A stretch of DNA of 64,000 nt, taken from NCBI GenBank assembly GCA_049511595.1, contig JBEKXX010000001.1, positions 676 through 64,675 on the forward strand. Direction: 5' to 3'. The stretch comes from Terracidiphilus sp. GTDB taxonomy: Bacteria; Acidobacteriota; Terriglobia; Terriglobales; Acidobacteriaceae. Each line of letters begins with the position of its first letter. The stretch's first letter is position 1. The notes beneath the pieces were generated by a model. The model had not been told where the DNA came from. It saw only the letters and a list, made by a program, of their open reading frames with translations, and did no database searches. Shown in pieces: positions 53,371-63,800 of the stretch. A program made the translations under genes and the position numbers.

Positions 53371-53928
53371 TTACATGCCTAGATACTCGACGTGCACATA
53401 GGTGCCGAGGCGGACGTTGTAGGCCAGATACCAGCCGATGTGGTCCGGATCTTCATAGATAACGATGTCATCGGAATCCCACAGCCAATCCGTGCAGAAG
53501 GCGATGTCGGCTGCCGCGACCGACCAGAACCAACCGTTGAACCAGAACCTGCCGGGATCTCCTCCGGCGATCCGCCAAACGTGCGCCGGACCGAAGCCGC
53601 CGGTAAAGCGGCCGTATTGCCAGGGATGGTCAAGATGGTAATTCGGATCGTTGGGGCCGGTATTATGACCCACCCATGTGCGGCCGTTTTCGACGTGCGG
53701 AACCGTGGGATGTGCGGGGTTTTGGGCGGGATGGCTGGGCTGTTGGGCATTGTTGTGGCTGGGGGCAGGAGCAGCCGGAGCGCCACGATGAGGAGCGGGG
53801 CCATGCGCCGGCGGGGTTGGATGGCCGGCTGGTTTTTGTGGCGCCGGATGGTTGGCTGGTTTTTGTGGCGCAACCGCCGGCGCCGCGAAAACGAGCAAAG
53901 CTGCGAACGCGATCTGAATGGGCTTCAT
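53371..53928 (-). CDS. Secreted hypothetical protein (Pro/His-rich N-terminus, Trp/Asp-rich C-domain)
   Basis: Signal peptide; APQKPA(N/G)H duplicated (18-bp exact repeat at 53827-44 and 53854-71); C-domain RFWFNGWFW...[24 protein letters not shown]. Confidence 0.7.
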   Translation of the reverse strand: MKPIQIAFAALLVFAAPAVAPQKPANHPAPQKPAGHPTPPAHGPAPHRGAPAAPAPSHNNAQQPSHPAQNPAHPTVPHVENGRTWVGHNTGPNDPNYHLDHPWQYGRFTGGFGPAHVWRIAGGDPGRFWFNGWFWSVAAADIAFCTDWLWDSDDIVIYEDPDHIGWYLAYNVRLGTYVHVEYLGM

Positions 53929-54128
53929 CGATTCCTCCCGATGACTGCAAGGATGGGCGACCCGCCGATTGCAGGCTTCTTGCGATGGTCGTCGACAACA
54001 GCTTAGTTACCCACCGGAATTCTTGCACAGGACGGCGCAGTCCGGCACGCAAATTCTTTCACTGGAAGTTAGCTGTCCATTGCAGTTCGCAGAGATAGAG
54101 GAACATATGCCGCGAGCCCGCTGTTGGC

Positions 54129-55409
54129 TTACGCGGCAACCGGGGCCGGCGCGCGCCGCCAGGCGTAGAGCGGGAACCGGTTGGCCATCTCGGCCACTTC
54201 GCCGCGAATGCGCGCCAGCGCCGCATCTTCGCCGCGCTGTTCGAGAGCCTTGGCGATCCACACGGCAATCTGCCGCATTTCCGGCTCTTTCATGCCGCGC
54301 GTGGTGAGCGCGGGCGTGCCTACGCGAATGCCCGAAGGCTTGAGCGGCGGATTCGTGTCCCAGGGAATCGAATTCTTATTCACGGTGATGCCGGCCTTGC
54401 CCAGCGCCAGCTCGGCCTCGGAGCCGAGGATGCCTTTCTCGAAGACATCGACGAGCAGGAGGTGGTTGTCGGTGCCGCCCGAGACCAGGCGGAAGCCGGC
54501 TGCCCGCAGTCCCTCGGCGAGAGCTTTGGCGTTGGAGACGGTCTGCGCGGAGTAAGTGCGGAACTCGGGACGCAGCGCCTCGGCGAAGGCAACGGCTTTG
54601 GCGGCCACAATGTGCACAAGCGGGCCGCCCTGCTGACCGGGAAAGACTGCCTTGTCGACGGCCGCGGCCAGATCCTGCGCGCAGATGATGAGTCCGGCGC
54701 GAGGACCGCGCAGGGTTTTGTGCGTGGTGGTGGTGGTGATGTGCGCATGAGGCACGGGTGAAGGATGCACGCCGCCCGCCACCAGACCGGCGATGTGCGC
54801 CATGTCGAAGATGTACACCGCGCCCACTTTATCGGCGATCTGCCTCATGCGGGCGAAGTCCCACAGGCGCGGATAGGCGCTGGCGCCGCCGATGATAACC
54901 TTGGGCTTTTCCTGCGTGGCGACGGACTCGAGCTCGTCGTAGTCGATGGTCTCGGTATCGCGGCGAACGTGATAGAAGGTGGTGCGGTAGAGCTTGCCGC
55001 TGAAGCTAAGGCGATGGCCGTGCGTCAGGTGACCGCCGTGCGACAGGTCGAGGCCGAGGATGGTGTCGCCCGGCTGCAACACCGCCGCAAAAGCCGAGGC
55101 GTTGGCCTGCGAGCCGGAGTGCGGCTGCACGTTGATGTGCTCGCCGCCGAAGAGCTGCCGCGCGCGGTCGCGCGCCAGGTTCTCAACGACGTCGGCGTAC
55201 TCGCAGCCGCCGTAGTAGCGGCGCCCGGGGTAACCCTCGGCATATTTATTGGTGAAAACCGAGCCGGCCGCCTCCAGAACGGCTTCGGAGACGAAGTTTT
55301 CGCTGGCAATCATCTCCAGCCCCTCGTGCTGGCGGAGAGTTTCGTGGTCAATAGCGGCGGCGACTTCAGGATCAACCTGGGCGAGAGGGAGCGACATGCG
55401 GTCAGTCAT
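54129..55409 (-). CDS. glyA: Serine hydroxymethyltransferase
   Basis: [62 protein letters not shown]. Confidence 0.97.
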   Translation of the reverse strand: MTDRMSLPLAQVDPEVAAAIDHETLRQHEGLEMIASENFVSEAVLEAAGSVFTNKYAEGYPGRRYYGGCEYADVVENLARDRARQLFGGEHINVQPHSGSQANASAFAAVLQPGDTILGLDLSHGGHLTHGHRLSFSGKLYRTTFYHVRRDTETIDYDELESVATQEKPKVIIGGASAYPRLWDFARMRQIADKVGAVYIFDMAHIAGLVAGGVHPSPVPHAHITTTTTHKTLRGPRAGLIICAQDLAAAVDKAVFPGQQGGPLVHIVAAKAVAFAEALRPEFRTYSAQTVSNAKALAEGLRAAGFRLVSGGTDNHLLLVDVFEKGILGSEAELALGKAGITVNKNSIPWDTNPPLKPSGIRVGTPALTTRGMKEPEMRQIAVWIAKALEQRGEDAALARIRGEVAEMANRFPLYAWRRAPAPVAA

Positions 55410-55522
55410 AACTAAAATTTTAGCTTGTTCCCCGCTCCGGTCAAAGGACGCTCTCATAGGCCCGGCGTGCAAATCCCGTACACTGAGTTCGGCGCTGACT
55501 TTCATCGCCGATCGAGGATGCA

Positions 55523-56122
55523 GTGACAGGCCGCTACAAGCAACTCGCATGGTTGTTGATCGGCGCATTCGCGCCCGGCCTGACGGCAGCCCAGACGGCG
55601 AGCATTGACGCGGCCCTGCTGGCCAGGGCCAATGCGGGCGATGCAGCGGCTCAGGTACAGGCAGGCGAGAGCTGCGTGCAGGCTGCGGCGGTTGAACGGA
55701 ATCGGGAGCAGGCAGCAAAGGATACTGAGCAGGCGGCAGCGTGGTACCGGAAGGCTGCCGAACAGAACAACCTTGCCGGAGAACTGCATCTCGCCGCGCT
55801 CTACCGCGACGGAGGTCCAGGGTTTGAGCGCGACATGGCGCAGGCGGCGGGGTGGTATCGCAAGGCTGCCGAGCAGGGAGACGCCGACGCGCAGGCAACG
55901 CTGGGCGTTCTCTATTCCATGGGCCAGGGTGTGCCGCAGAGCGACGTGGAAGCCTACTTCTGGCTCGATCTTGCCGCTTCCGTCAAGGGCCCGAACCAGG
56001 AGAAATACGCGGCCAACCGCCAGATGATCGGCACGCACATTACCGCCGATGAACTGGCCGGCATTGAGGATCGCGTGGCCGCGTGGAAGGCTGCGCACCC
56101 GCGGCCGAATGCCGCGCAATGA
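55523..56122 (+). CDS. Secreted Sel1-repeat protein
   Basis: [42 protein letters not shown]. Confidence 0.9.
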   Translation: MTGRYKQLAWLLIGAFAPGLTAAQTASIDAALLARANAGDAAAQVQAGESCVQAAAVERNREQAAKDTEQAAAWYRKAAEQNNLAGELHLAALYRDGGPGFERDMAQAAGWYRKAAEQGDADAQATLGVLYSMGQGVPQSDVEAYFWLDLAASVKGPNQEKYAANRQMIGTHITADELAGIEDRVAAWKAAHPRPNAAQ

Positions 56123-56276
56123 GCCTGACATCGATTGCGATCCGACCGGCGCGCGGCCTTTGCGGTTTGCGGAAAAAACCAAAGTAATTCTTGTGCCGGA
56201 CAACTTTTCCCGGAGGCATGGGTTCGGACAAAACATGGGCCGGCAGTTCAAACCCAAAGGCCCGCGGAGGAACCAC

Positions 56277-56879
56277 ATGCAGCGCACCCTGTTTACGCTT
56301 GCCGTGGCCGCCCTGATCGCCTCGGGACCGGCCTTTGCTCAACAGAGCCAACCGCAGACTCAGCCAAACCAGCCGGCGCCGACCGTCAACGACCGCCGGG
56401 AGAACCAGCAGGATCGCGTCGCGAATGGAATCGACTCCGGACAACTGACAGCCGGCGAGACAAAGAACCTGGAAGGGCGCGAAGCGAACCTGAATCGCGA
56501 GATCCGCGACGATCGCTCGGCGAACGGCGGCACGCTGACGCCGCAGGAGCGTCAACAGGTCAACCGGCAGCAGAACAACTTGAGCCGCTCGATCTACCAG
56601 GACAAGCACAATGCGAACGTGGCGCACTACGGCAACAACGAAGTGGGGCAGCGGCGCGAGAATCAGCAGGACCGCATCGCCAACGGCCTGCGCAACGGCA
56701 CGATGAATGCCGGCCAGACCGCACGCGTTGAGAATCGAGAGCAGGGCATCAACCAGCAGATTCACGCCGACCGCTCTGCCAACGGCGGAAGGTTGACGGC
56801 GCAGGAGCATCGGCAGATCAATCGCGAGCAGAATCGCACGAGCCGCCGGATCTATCGCGACAAGCACAACGGCAAATAG
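56277..56879 (+). CDS. Secreted helical protein with two 86-aa repeats
   Basis: Signal peptide MQRTLFTLAVAALIASGPAFA; RRENQQDR(V/I)ANG...DRSANGG.LT..E...NR.QN..SR.IY.DKHN occurs twice. Confidence 0.8.
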   Translation: MQRTLFTLAVAALIASGPAFAQQSQPQTQPNQPAPTVNDRRENQQDRVANGIDSGQLTAGETKNLEGREANLNREIRDDRSANGGTLTPQERQQVNRQQNNLSRSIYQDKHNANVAHYGNNEVGQRRENQQDRIANGLRNGTMNAGQTARVENREQGINQQIHADRSANGGRLTAQEHRQINREQNRTSRRIYRDKHNGK

Positions 56880-56931
56880 ACAAACTGACTATCACCACGC
56901 TTCCGCGGGATGCGCCCGGTATGCTGAATGC

Positions 56932-57834
56932 ATGGCCGGCGCGCGCATTCCGCGGTTTGTGCTTTCGCTCGCCGTTTTCGCCGCGATGATAGTCACGCGG
57001 CCTTGCGGGGCGCGGGCGGAAACGCAGAATGACGAGGTGACGCTTGCACCGGCTGTGGTCGTGGCGGGATCGCCGGTGCTGATTCGCGTCGAAGCGCCGG
57101 ACGCCGTGGCAGCAGACGGTGAATGGCTGGGCCGGAAGCTCGAGTTCTTTCGCGGGCGCGATGGAAAAAGCTGGTACGCGCTGGCGGGAGTTGACGTGGA
57201 GGCGGCGCCGGGTTCTACAACTTTGAGCATCTCCGCGCGCACTGCCGACGGCGGCTCGCTGGATTTGAGCCGTGCGGTCGAGATTCATCCCGCGCGCTAC
57301 CGGACTGAAACCTTGGCGGTAGCACCGAAGTTTGTCGAGCCGGGGCCTGTGGAACTCGAGCGGATCAAGGCCGAGATCGAACTTAAGCAGAAAGTCTTTG
57401 CGGCGAGCGCTGCGGAGCCGCTGTGGTCAGGCGACTTTCGCGCGCCGGTTCATGCCGCGCCCACCGATAGCTTCGGCACGCGGCGTGTCTTCAACGGCCA
57501 GCTCGACAGCATTCACAAGGGGATGGACTTTCGCGCGGCGATGGGCACGCCGGTACGCGCCGGCAACAGCGGCGTAGTGGTGCTGGCGCGTCCGCTCTAC
57601 TACGAGGGCAATTGCGTGGTGATTGACCACGGGCTGGGGCTCTACACGATTTCGATGCACCTGAGCCGCATCGACGTGCGGGAAGGCGAGCACGTAAGCC
57701 TGGGCCAGCGCATCGGGCTGAGCGGAGCGACGGGCCGCGTGACCGGGCCGCATCTTCATTGGGCGGTGCGGTGGGAGGGCGCGTATCTGGATCCGGCGAA
57801 GCTGCTGCGCATGGATTTGAGCCGGGTGCGCTAA
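56932..57834 (+). CDS. M23 family metallopeptidase
   Basis: HKGMD (HxxxD), IDHGLGLYTISMHL, VTGPHLHW. Confidence 0.92.
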   Translation: MAGARIPRFVLSLAVFAAMIVTRPCGARAETQNDEVTLAPAVVVAGSPVLIRVEAPDAVAADGEWLGRKLEFFRGRDGKSWYALAGVDVEAAPGSTTLSISARTADGGSLDLSRAVEIHPARYRTETLAVAPKFVEPGPVELERIKAEIELKQKVFAASAAEPLWSGDFRAPVHAAPTDSFGTRRVFNGQLDSIHKGMDFRAAMGTPVRAGNSGVVVLARPLYYEGNCVVIDHGLGLYTISMHLSRIDVREGEHVSLGQRIGLSGATGRVTGPHLHWAVRWEGAYLDPAKLLRMDLSRVR

Positions 57835-59123
57835 CGCGGAACGGTTTCCTCTTCGGTCTCGCGTGAGGGCGCGGCCTCCGTGCGAAGCCCAGCCGCCTTC
57901 TCCGCCCGCAACGCCTTGAACGCGCGATAGACGAACCAGCCCATGTACCAGCCGTCGATGTACTTGAAAGGCGTTTCGCCGGTGGTGTAGTGGCCGCAGG
58001 GCAGCACGCGCACCTCGTGATTCACGCCGGAACGGCGCGCCGCCTCGACCACCTGCAGCGAGTACTCCCTGGGAAACGTCAGGTCGTAGTTCGCGTAGAC
58101 GAAGAGAGCGCGTTTCAGCGGCCCGCCGGCCTCGTCGCCGACAAATTTCGAGTAGTAGCTGACGGGACTGATGGCGGCCCAGAGCGCCCGCAGACGGTCT
58201 TGCGTGAGGCCTGCCGCTTCCACTCCTGCGCGGATGTGGCGAGTGCTTTGCCCCGCCCAGACGACATCGCCGAACGCCGTGGACGCGTGGTTGAAGGCGT
58301 TTACGCGCAGGCGCGCATCGTGCGCGCTGGCAAGATAGGCGTAGCAGGAGCCGAGGCTCGTGCCCAGCACGCCCAAGTGCTCGTAGCCCTGTTCTTCGAG
58401 CCAATCGAGGCAGCATCGGATATCGACCACCGCCTGGCGGCAGGCCGACAGGGTGCGGCCGATATTGGCGCTGACGGCATAGTCGGAGCGCTCCAGCTCC
58501 ATGGGACGGCGAATGTCGTGATAGGGCTTGGAGAGGCGCAGCGCCGAGACGCCCATGCGGTTGAAAATCGTGCACAGCGAGTTGTGGCTGAATCCGTCGG
58601 CGTTCCATTGCGGCAGCACGACGATGGCCTGTTTGGGCCGCGCGGGATCTTTGTGCTCGGGCGCAGGATACCAGCGCGCGTTCGCCAGGTCGTTTTCCGG
58701 ATACGGCGTGCGCTCCGGCGAGGTGAAGCGCAAATATTGCGCTTTGGGCAGCTTGCCTTCGGCAGCCTGCTGCTTCAGCGCCGCCTCCTGCGCCAGCGTT
58801 TCAGGGCGCACATTGGTGGGGAAGAGCTGCGGATAGCGCTCTTCGAGGCGGTAGTCCGTGGGGCGTTTGTAGCCGAAGTAGACGCCGCTGTGGCGGATGA
58901 GGAGCTGGTTGATGCGGACCATCGCGGCTTCGGCCGCCGCTTCGTCGCGCTCCACGCCGGGATCGGGAACCGCAGCGCCGAGGCCATGCGCTTCAAGGAA
59001 CGGAGCGATCCACTCAAATCCCCATTCCAGCGGACGCACCACGCGATTCTCGTCGCGCGTGCACAACCGCGTTTCCCACGCGTACATCCGGCGCGCGTAC
59101 CAGTCAGTGAACATGAATCTCAT
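57831..59123 (-). CDS. Alpha/beta hydrolase (ABHD18/DUF2048-like)
   Basis: GTSLG nucleophile elbow, NYDLTF, PCGHYT. Confidence 0.75.
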   Translation of the reverse strand: MRFMFTDWYARRMYAWETRLCTRDENRVVRPLEWGFEWIAPFLEAHGLGAAVPDPGVERDEAAAEAAMVRINQLLIRHSGVYFGYKRPTDYRLEERYPQLFPTNVRPETLAQEAALKQQAAEGKLPKAQYLRFTSPERTPYPENDLANARWYPAPEHKDPARPKQAIVVLPQWNADGFSHNSLCTIFNRMGVSALRLSKPYHDIRRPMELERSDYAVSANIGRTLSACRQAVVDIRCCLDWLEEQGYEHLGVLGTSLGSCYAYLASAHDARLRVNAFNHASTAFGDVVWAGQSTRHIRAGVEAAGLTQDRLRALWAAISPVSYYSKFVGDEAGGPLKRALFVYANYDLTFPREYSLQVVEAARRSGVNHEVRVLPCGHYTTGETPFKYIDGWYMGWFVYRAFKALRAEKAAGLRTEAAPSRETEEETVPR

Positions 59124-59294
59124 TCCATTTTAACAGCGTGAGACGTGCGGAGCATTGGGTGCGCCGGCGGGAACAAACGCTGCGCCGATACCGCTCCTCG
59201 TGCGCGCGATTTCGATATTTCCGCGGCGATGAACCAGGCGGCGCTCAGAAGCGCGATGCGCCGCCGCAGCCGGCAAGCGCGGTACGATGAAGCC

Positions 59295-60095
59295 ATGAAC
59301 CAGCCGGACAGCGCCGATCGGTCGCGCCCCAGCGGACAGGTTTGGCAGAGCGGATCGCGCGTGGCGTTCTTCGGCGGCAGCTTCGACCCGCCGCATCTGG
59401 GCCATCTGGCTGTAGCGCGCGCCGCCCGCGATGCGTTCCGGCTGGATGCGGTGCTCTTTGCCCCGGTGGGCGCGCAGCCGCTCAAGCGCGAAGGATCGAC
59501 GGCGAGTTTTGAGCACCGGCTGGAGATGACGCGGCTGGCCATCGCGGGCGAGCGGGGATTTGCCGTCTCGCTGGCCGATGCGCCCAGGCCTTTGGGCGGC
59601 AGCGAGTCGCCGCGGCTGCCGCCCAACTACACTATCGACACGCTCGTGGGACTGCGCGCCGCTCTTCAGCCCGGCTTCGCGCTCTATTGCCTGATGGGAG
59701 CCGACTCGTTCTTCGGGCTGCGCCGCTGGCATCGCGCCGCGGAGATTCCGTTTGTGGCGCCGCTGATCGTGGCCTGGCGGCCGGGGCAGCCGCTGGAGGG
59801 ATTGAAGGCCGCGCTGCCCCAGGGACTCGCGCTTGAGCCCGCGGCGGAGGGCGACAGGAACGAATCCGGTATTGAGGTGCGCGCGTTTTGCCTTGTGAAT
59901 CCGGCTCGCGCCCACGTGCCGTTTTATGTGCTGCCCGGCCTGGATGTGGAGATCAGCGCGACGGAGATCCGCGAAGCGATCCGCAAGGCCGTCCACGTGG
60001 AGTCGAGCGTTGCGCAGGCTGGTTCCGCGGCTGTCCAGACGATGCTCCCCGCCGCAGTCGCGGAGTACATTCGCGCGCACGGACTCTACCGCTGA
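59295..60095 (+). CDS. nadD: Nicotinate-nucleotide adenylyltransferase
   Basis: FFGGSFDPPHLGH, YTIDTL, CLMGADS, ISATEIR; upstream of rsfS as usual; start approximate. Confidence 0.9.
   Translation: MNQPDSADRSRPSGQVWQSGSRVAFFGGSFDPPHLGHLAVARAARDAFRLDAVLFAPVGAQPLKREGSTASFEHRLEMTRLAIAGERGFAVSLADAPRPLGGSESPRLPPNYTIDTLVGLRAALQPGFALYCLMGADSFFGLRRWHRAAEIPFVAPLIVAWRPGQPLEGLKAALPQGLALEPAAEGDRNESGIEVRAFCLVNPARAHVPFYVLPGLDVEISATEIREAIRKAVHVESSVAQAGSAAVQTMLPAAVAEYIRAHGLYR
59592..59626. repeat. Perfect 12-bp palindrome inside nadD
   Basis: TTGGGCGGCAGC-11 nt-GCTGCCGCCCAA; encodes LGGSESPRLPP. Confidence 0.8.
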
Positions 60096-60103
60096 GCAGT
60101 TTT

Positions 60104-60138
60104 CTGGTCCCTATTCCCTATTCCCTGGTCCCTGCTCT
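60104..60138. repeat. Heptamer array CT(G/A)(G/T)TCC between nadD and rsfS
   Basis: CTGGTCC CTATTCC CTATTCC CTGGTCC CTGCTCT. Confidence 0.75.
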
Positions 60139-60167
60139 ACTATGAGCTTGGAGAGCTTTCCTACAGC

Positions 60168-60752
60168 ATGAACATATCGACGGCGCAGAAACAGACGCGC
60201 ATCCTGGTGCAGGCCGCAGCCGCGGTCTGTGACGAAAAGAAGGGCCAGAACACCCGCATCCTCGAGCTCGACCCTGTCGACTCCGGCCTGAGCGACTTTT
60301 TCCTGGTTACCTCAGCCGCCAACGAACGGCAGGCCATCGCCATCGCCGACGAGATCGAGCTGCGGCTGAAGCACAGCTTCGGCGTCTACCCGAACTCCGT
60401 GGAGGGCCGCCGCAACGGCGAGTGGATCCTGCTCGACTACGTGGACTTTGTGATCCACGTCTTTCTCGCCGAGCGCCGCGCCTTCTACGACATCGAGCGG
60501 CTGCGCAAGTCGGCGCGTCCGCTTACGCCGGACGAGTTTGACGCCGAGTTGAAAGCCGCGCTGGCGGAAAAAACGCGCGCCGTGCGCCAGAGGAAAGCTG
60601 CGAAGGCCAAGCCGGCAGCGGCCAGGCGCAAGCAGGCCACAAAGAAGCTGCCGGCCGCCGCGAAGCGCGGAGCCGGAAAGACCTCCGCCAATAAATTCCC
60701 TGTCCGCCGGCCCAAAGCGAAAAAGACCGCGAAGAGAGCCGCAAAGAAGTAG
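60168..60752 (+). CDS. rsfS: Ribosome silencing factor with Lys/Ala-rich C-terminal tail
   Basis: DEKKG, DFFLVTS, WILLDYVDFVIHVF, RAFYDIERL. Confidence 0.93.
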   Translation: MNISTAQKQTRILVQAAAAVCDEKKGQNTRILELDPVDSGLSDFFLVTSAANERQAIAIADEIELRLKHSFGVYPNSVEGRRNGEWILLDYVDFVIHVFLAERRAFYDIERLRKSARPLTPDEFDAELKAALAEKTRAVRQRKAAKAKPAAARRKQATKKLPAAAKRGAGKTSANKFPVRRPKAKKTAKRAAKK

Positions 60753-60794
60753 CCCGCGGCCACGCCGTCAGCCAGGCACGCGCAGAAACACTCA

Positions 60795-60822
60795 GGGCGC
60801 CCGCCATAGCGGACGCCCCTTT
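60795..60822. terminator. Hairpin between convergent rsfS and the TonB receptor gene
   Basis: GGGCG-C-CCGC-CATA-GCGG-A-CGCCC followed by CTTT. Confidence 0.5.
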
Positions 60823-60848
60823 GATGTTGGTCCGGCTTCGCCGGAGGG

Positions 60849-63800
60849 TTAGAAGAGAATCTTGCCCGTGAACTCGACGATGCGGACCGAAGGATCTCCG
60901 CCCACGCCCGAGCCGTAGATGCTGGTCGGCGGGCCTTCCGCGTAGAGTGACAAGCCGAATTGCGAGGAGTCGAGAGCTGCTGTCGGCAGGCCGAAGTTGG
61001 GGTGGTTGAGGAGGTTGTAGGCGGTCATGCCGACCTCAAATCGACCCTGGTCGCCTATATGCGGCAGCTTGAAGGCCTTCTGGAGCGTCATATCGGTGTC
61101 GAAGTAGCTCGGTCCCCAGAACTGGTTGCGGTCGGTGGCGCCGAATGGCGAGACGCTGGGCGTTACATAGCCGCCGATGATCGGGTAGTTGGGGAAATCC
61201 GCGGGGGTAAGGCATGGGGTCGTGGCGGAACTGGGGCCGCAGTGGTGCGAGGTACCCGGCGCAGCGGCGATGGGAATTGCGTCGTACCCGCTGCCATAGC
61301 TCCCAACCCCAAAGTCACTGATGTAGGCGTAGGGAGTAAACGGACTGCCGCTGTTGAAAAAGATGGCTCCGCCTATCTGCCAGCCCTCGGTCAGTAATTT
61401 CGGTCCTCCGAAGTACGGCATCTGATAGAGATAGGTGCCAGAGAAGGTTTGGGGTACGTCGTAGTCCGCGTTGCCGTAGTTCTGGCGCAGGTTATAGGGA
61501 TTGGTCTGTTCCACGATGCTTCCTGAATTGAAGGGCAGGATGCCGCCGTTCGAGATCTCATCGAGCGCATGGCTCCAGGCATAGTTCAGTTGCAAGTTGA
61601 GGCCGTGGCCCTGGATCAGGTAGCTGACGATCAAGCCGTTGTAGTTGGAGGATGCCTCGCTCTGAACCTCGGTGACATTGGCAAAGCTGGGCGCAGGCGA
61701 CGTATCGGGTAAGCCGGGGCCTCCATATGCGTTCGCGCCAAGACTCTCATTCGGCTCGTGGTAGCCGCGGTTGCCCACGTAGCCTATCTGGATGCTCTGT
61801 GATTGGGAGAACTCATGCTGGATCTGCAGGTTCCACTCCTGATAGGTGGGATAGTGCAGCGACCCGGCCACCGTGGTAAAGCTCGGAGGCTCGAAGAGGG
61901 AGTTGAAGGCCGACATCGTGTCGAAGCTGCCGCCGTTCTTGAAGCAGGATGTTGGGTTGTAAGTGCAATCCTGGAAGGTGTCGTTTGCGCCGGCCATCAG
62001 CGATTGCGCGCTGGAGGGATCGGATGGGTTCACCTCCATCCCCGCGTTCTGCACGACAAAGGCGAGATTCAGGGGAGCATTGTTGAGCATGGAATCGGCG
62101 ATGGTGCCGGGGAAGACGTCGGTAAAGTAGCCGAAGCCGCCGCGCAGCACGTCCTTTGTATCCGGAGAGTACGTGAATCCAATGCGCGGCTCGATCATGT
62201 AGGCCTGGTAGCTGTTGAAGGCTGTCGGCAGGTTGTACTTGATCTGGGCGTTATAAGCGCCGGAGGAGGAGTTAAGAGGAGCGCCCGCCGCCTGCGAAAA
62301 GAAGCTGCCGCCAAAGTTGGAGAGGCAATTTTTGAGGCAGGAGACATTGGAGTTCCTTTCCACGCGTACGCCCGCCGTCACCGTCACTTTCGGCATCGGC
62401 TTCCAGTCGTCCTCGAAGTACATGCCCAGCGTGTAGAGGGAAAGGGGCTCAGAGAGTGTGGTTGGGAACTGCTGCTGGCCGGCGTCCGATACTCCGCCGC
62501 TGAAGCCTGTCCATGCCTCAGCGTCGGGATCGTATCCGCCTTGACTGACGAAAATAAGCGGCACGCTATAGATGCCGAGGTCGAAGTCGGAGAGATCGTC
62601 TTTCTTGTAGGAAAAGCCGGCTTTGAGCGTATGTTTGCCCGCCGTGTAGCTGAAGTCGTCGCCGATTTGATACTGCGTGACGTTACGCCGCTGTACCAGG
62701 AACCGGTCAAGAGGAGCTGGTTGACCGCCCTGGTGCTGAAGGTGTGAGTCTCGGCGAACTGGCCTTCGTAGTCGGGCTGATCGCTCTGCGCGTCAAAGGC
62801 AGGATTGATGGGGTCGGTATAGCTGGGCTGAAGGCCGTGGTCGTATTTGAAGTGTCCGAACATCTTGTCGCTGGGGCCGAGGTTCACGTCCACGCGACCG
62901 GTGATCAGCTTCTCGGTCAGGTTGAAACTCGAGGGGGTCGAGAGCGCCAACTGGCCGGGCGTGCTGGTAGTGGCCGCACTCGCGTAGTTGGGCGTGCCGT
63001 TATACAGGGCAAAAACTTTGTTATAGAAGGCACACTCGCCGCTGTAGCCCGCCTCGTAGAGGCTGCTGGTGCTATCGCCGCAGGTACCGTCAGTGCCCAC
63101 GACGCTGCTCTCGTAGCTGGTGCTGGGCAGGTGGACCACACTCTGGCTGGCAGTTATGAACGTAATCCCCTCTGAGTTCACGAAAAAGAAGGCCTTGTCC
63201 TTCCAGATCGGTCCCCCAAGCGCTCCGGCCCATTGGTTGTAGTTGGAAAACGGGCGCGCGGTGGCAGGGCTGGAATAATTGGGATTCTTGTTGTACCAGT
63301 CGTTGGCGTTCATGGAACGGCCGTTCCATGACCAGCCGAGGTTGCCGTGGAACTTGTCAGTGCCAGAGCGGCTGATGGAGTTCATCTGGAGGCCGGCCAG
63401 GGTGCCGTACTGAACCTCATAAGCGTTGGTGACGACATCGGTTTCCTGAATGTCATTGAGGCCCAGCAGCATGTTGGACGGGCCAGAATTGTTCAGGTTC
63501 AGGAAGGGATCGTTGACCTCCATGCCATTTTCAGTGAAGTTGTTGGAGGTTCCGGGGAGGCCAAAGGCGGAGAAGTTGCCGTAGCCGAGGGAGCCGACGG
63601 AGGAGTCCGCGCCGGTATTCATCACTACACCCGGCTTGCCCTGCGCCGCATAGGTGATGTCGCTGCCGGGGTTGGGGATGTTTTGCAACTGGTCGAGAGT
63701 GACCGAGGTGCTCAACTGAGCGGTGTCAGTCTGGAGAAGCTGCGTGGTGGCGCTGACCTCAATGGTTTCGGATGCGGATCCCACGGTGAGTCGGATGCTC

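Noticed and set aside
55410-55522. ZMP/ZTP or glycine riboswitch upstream of glyA
   Set aside because: No matching conserved motifs found on the minus strand.
54129-55898. N-terminally extended GlyA (589 aa)
   Set aside because: The extension overlaps the divergent Sel1 gene; homology starts at [16 protein letters not shown].
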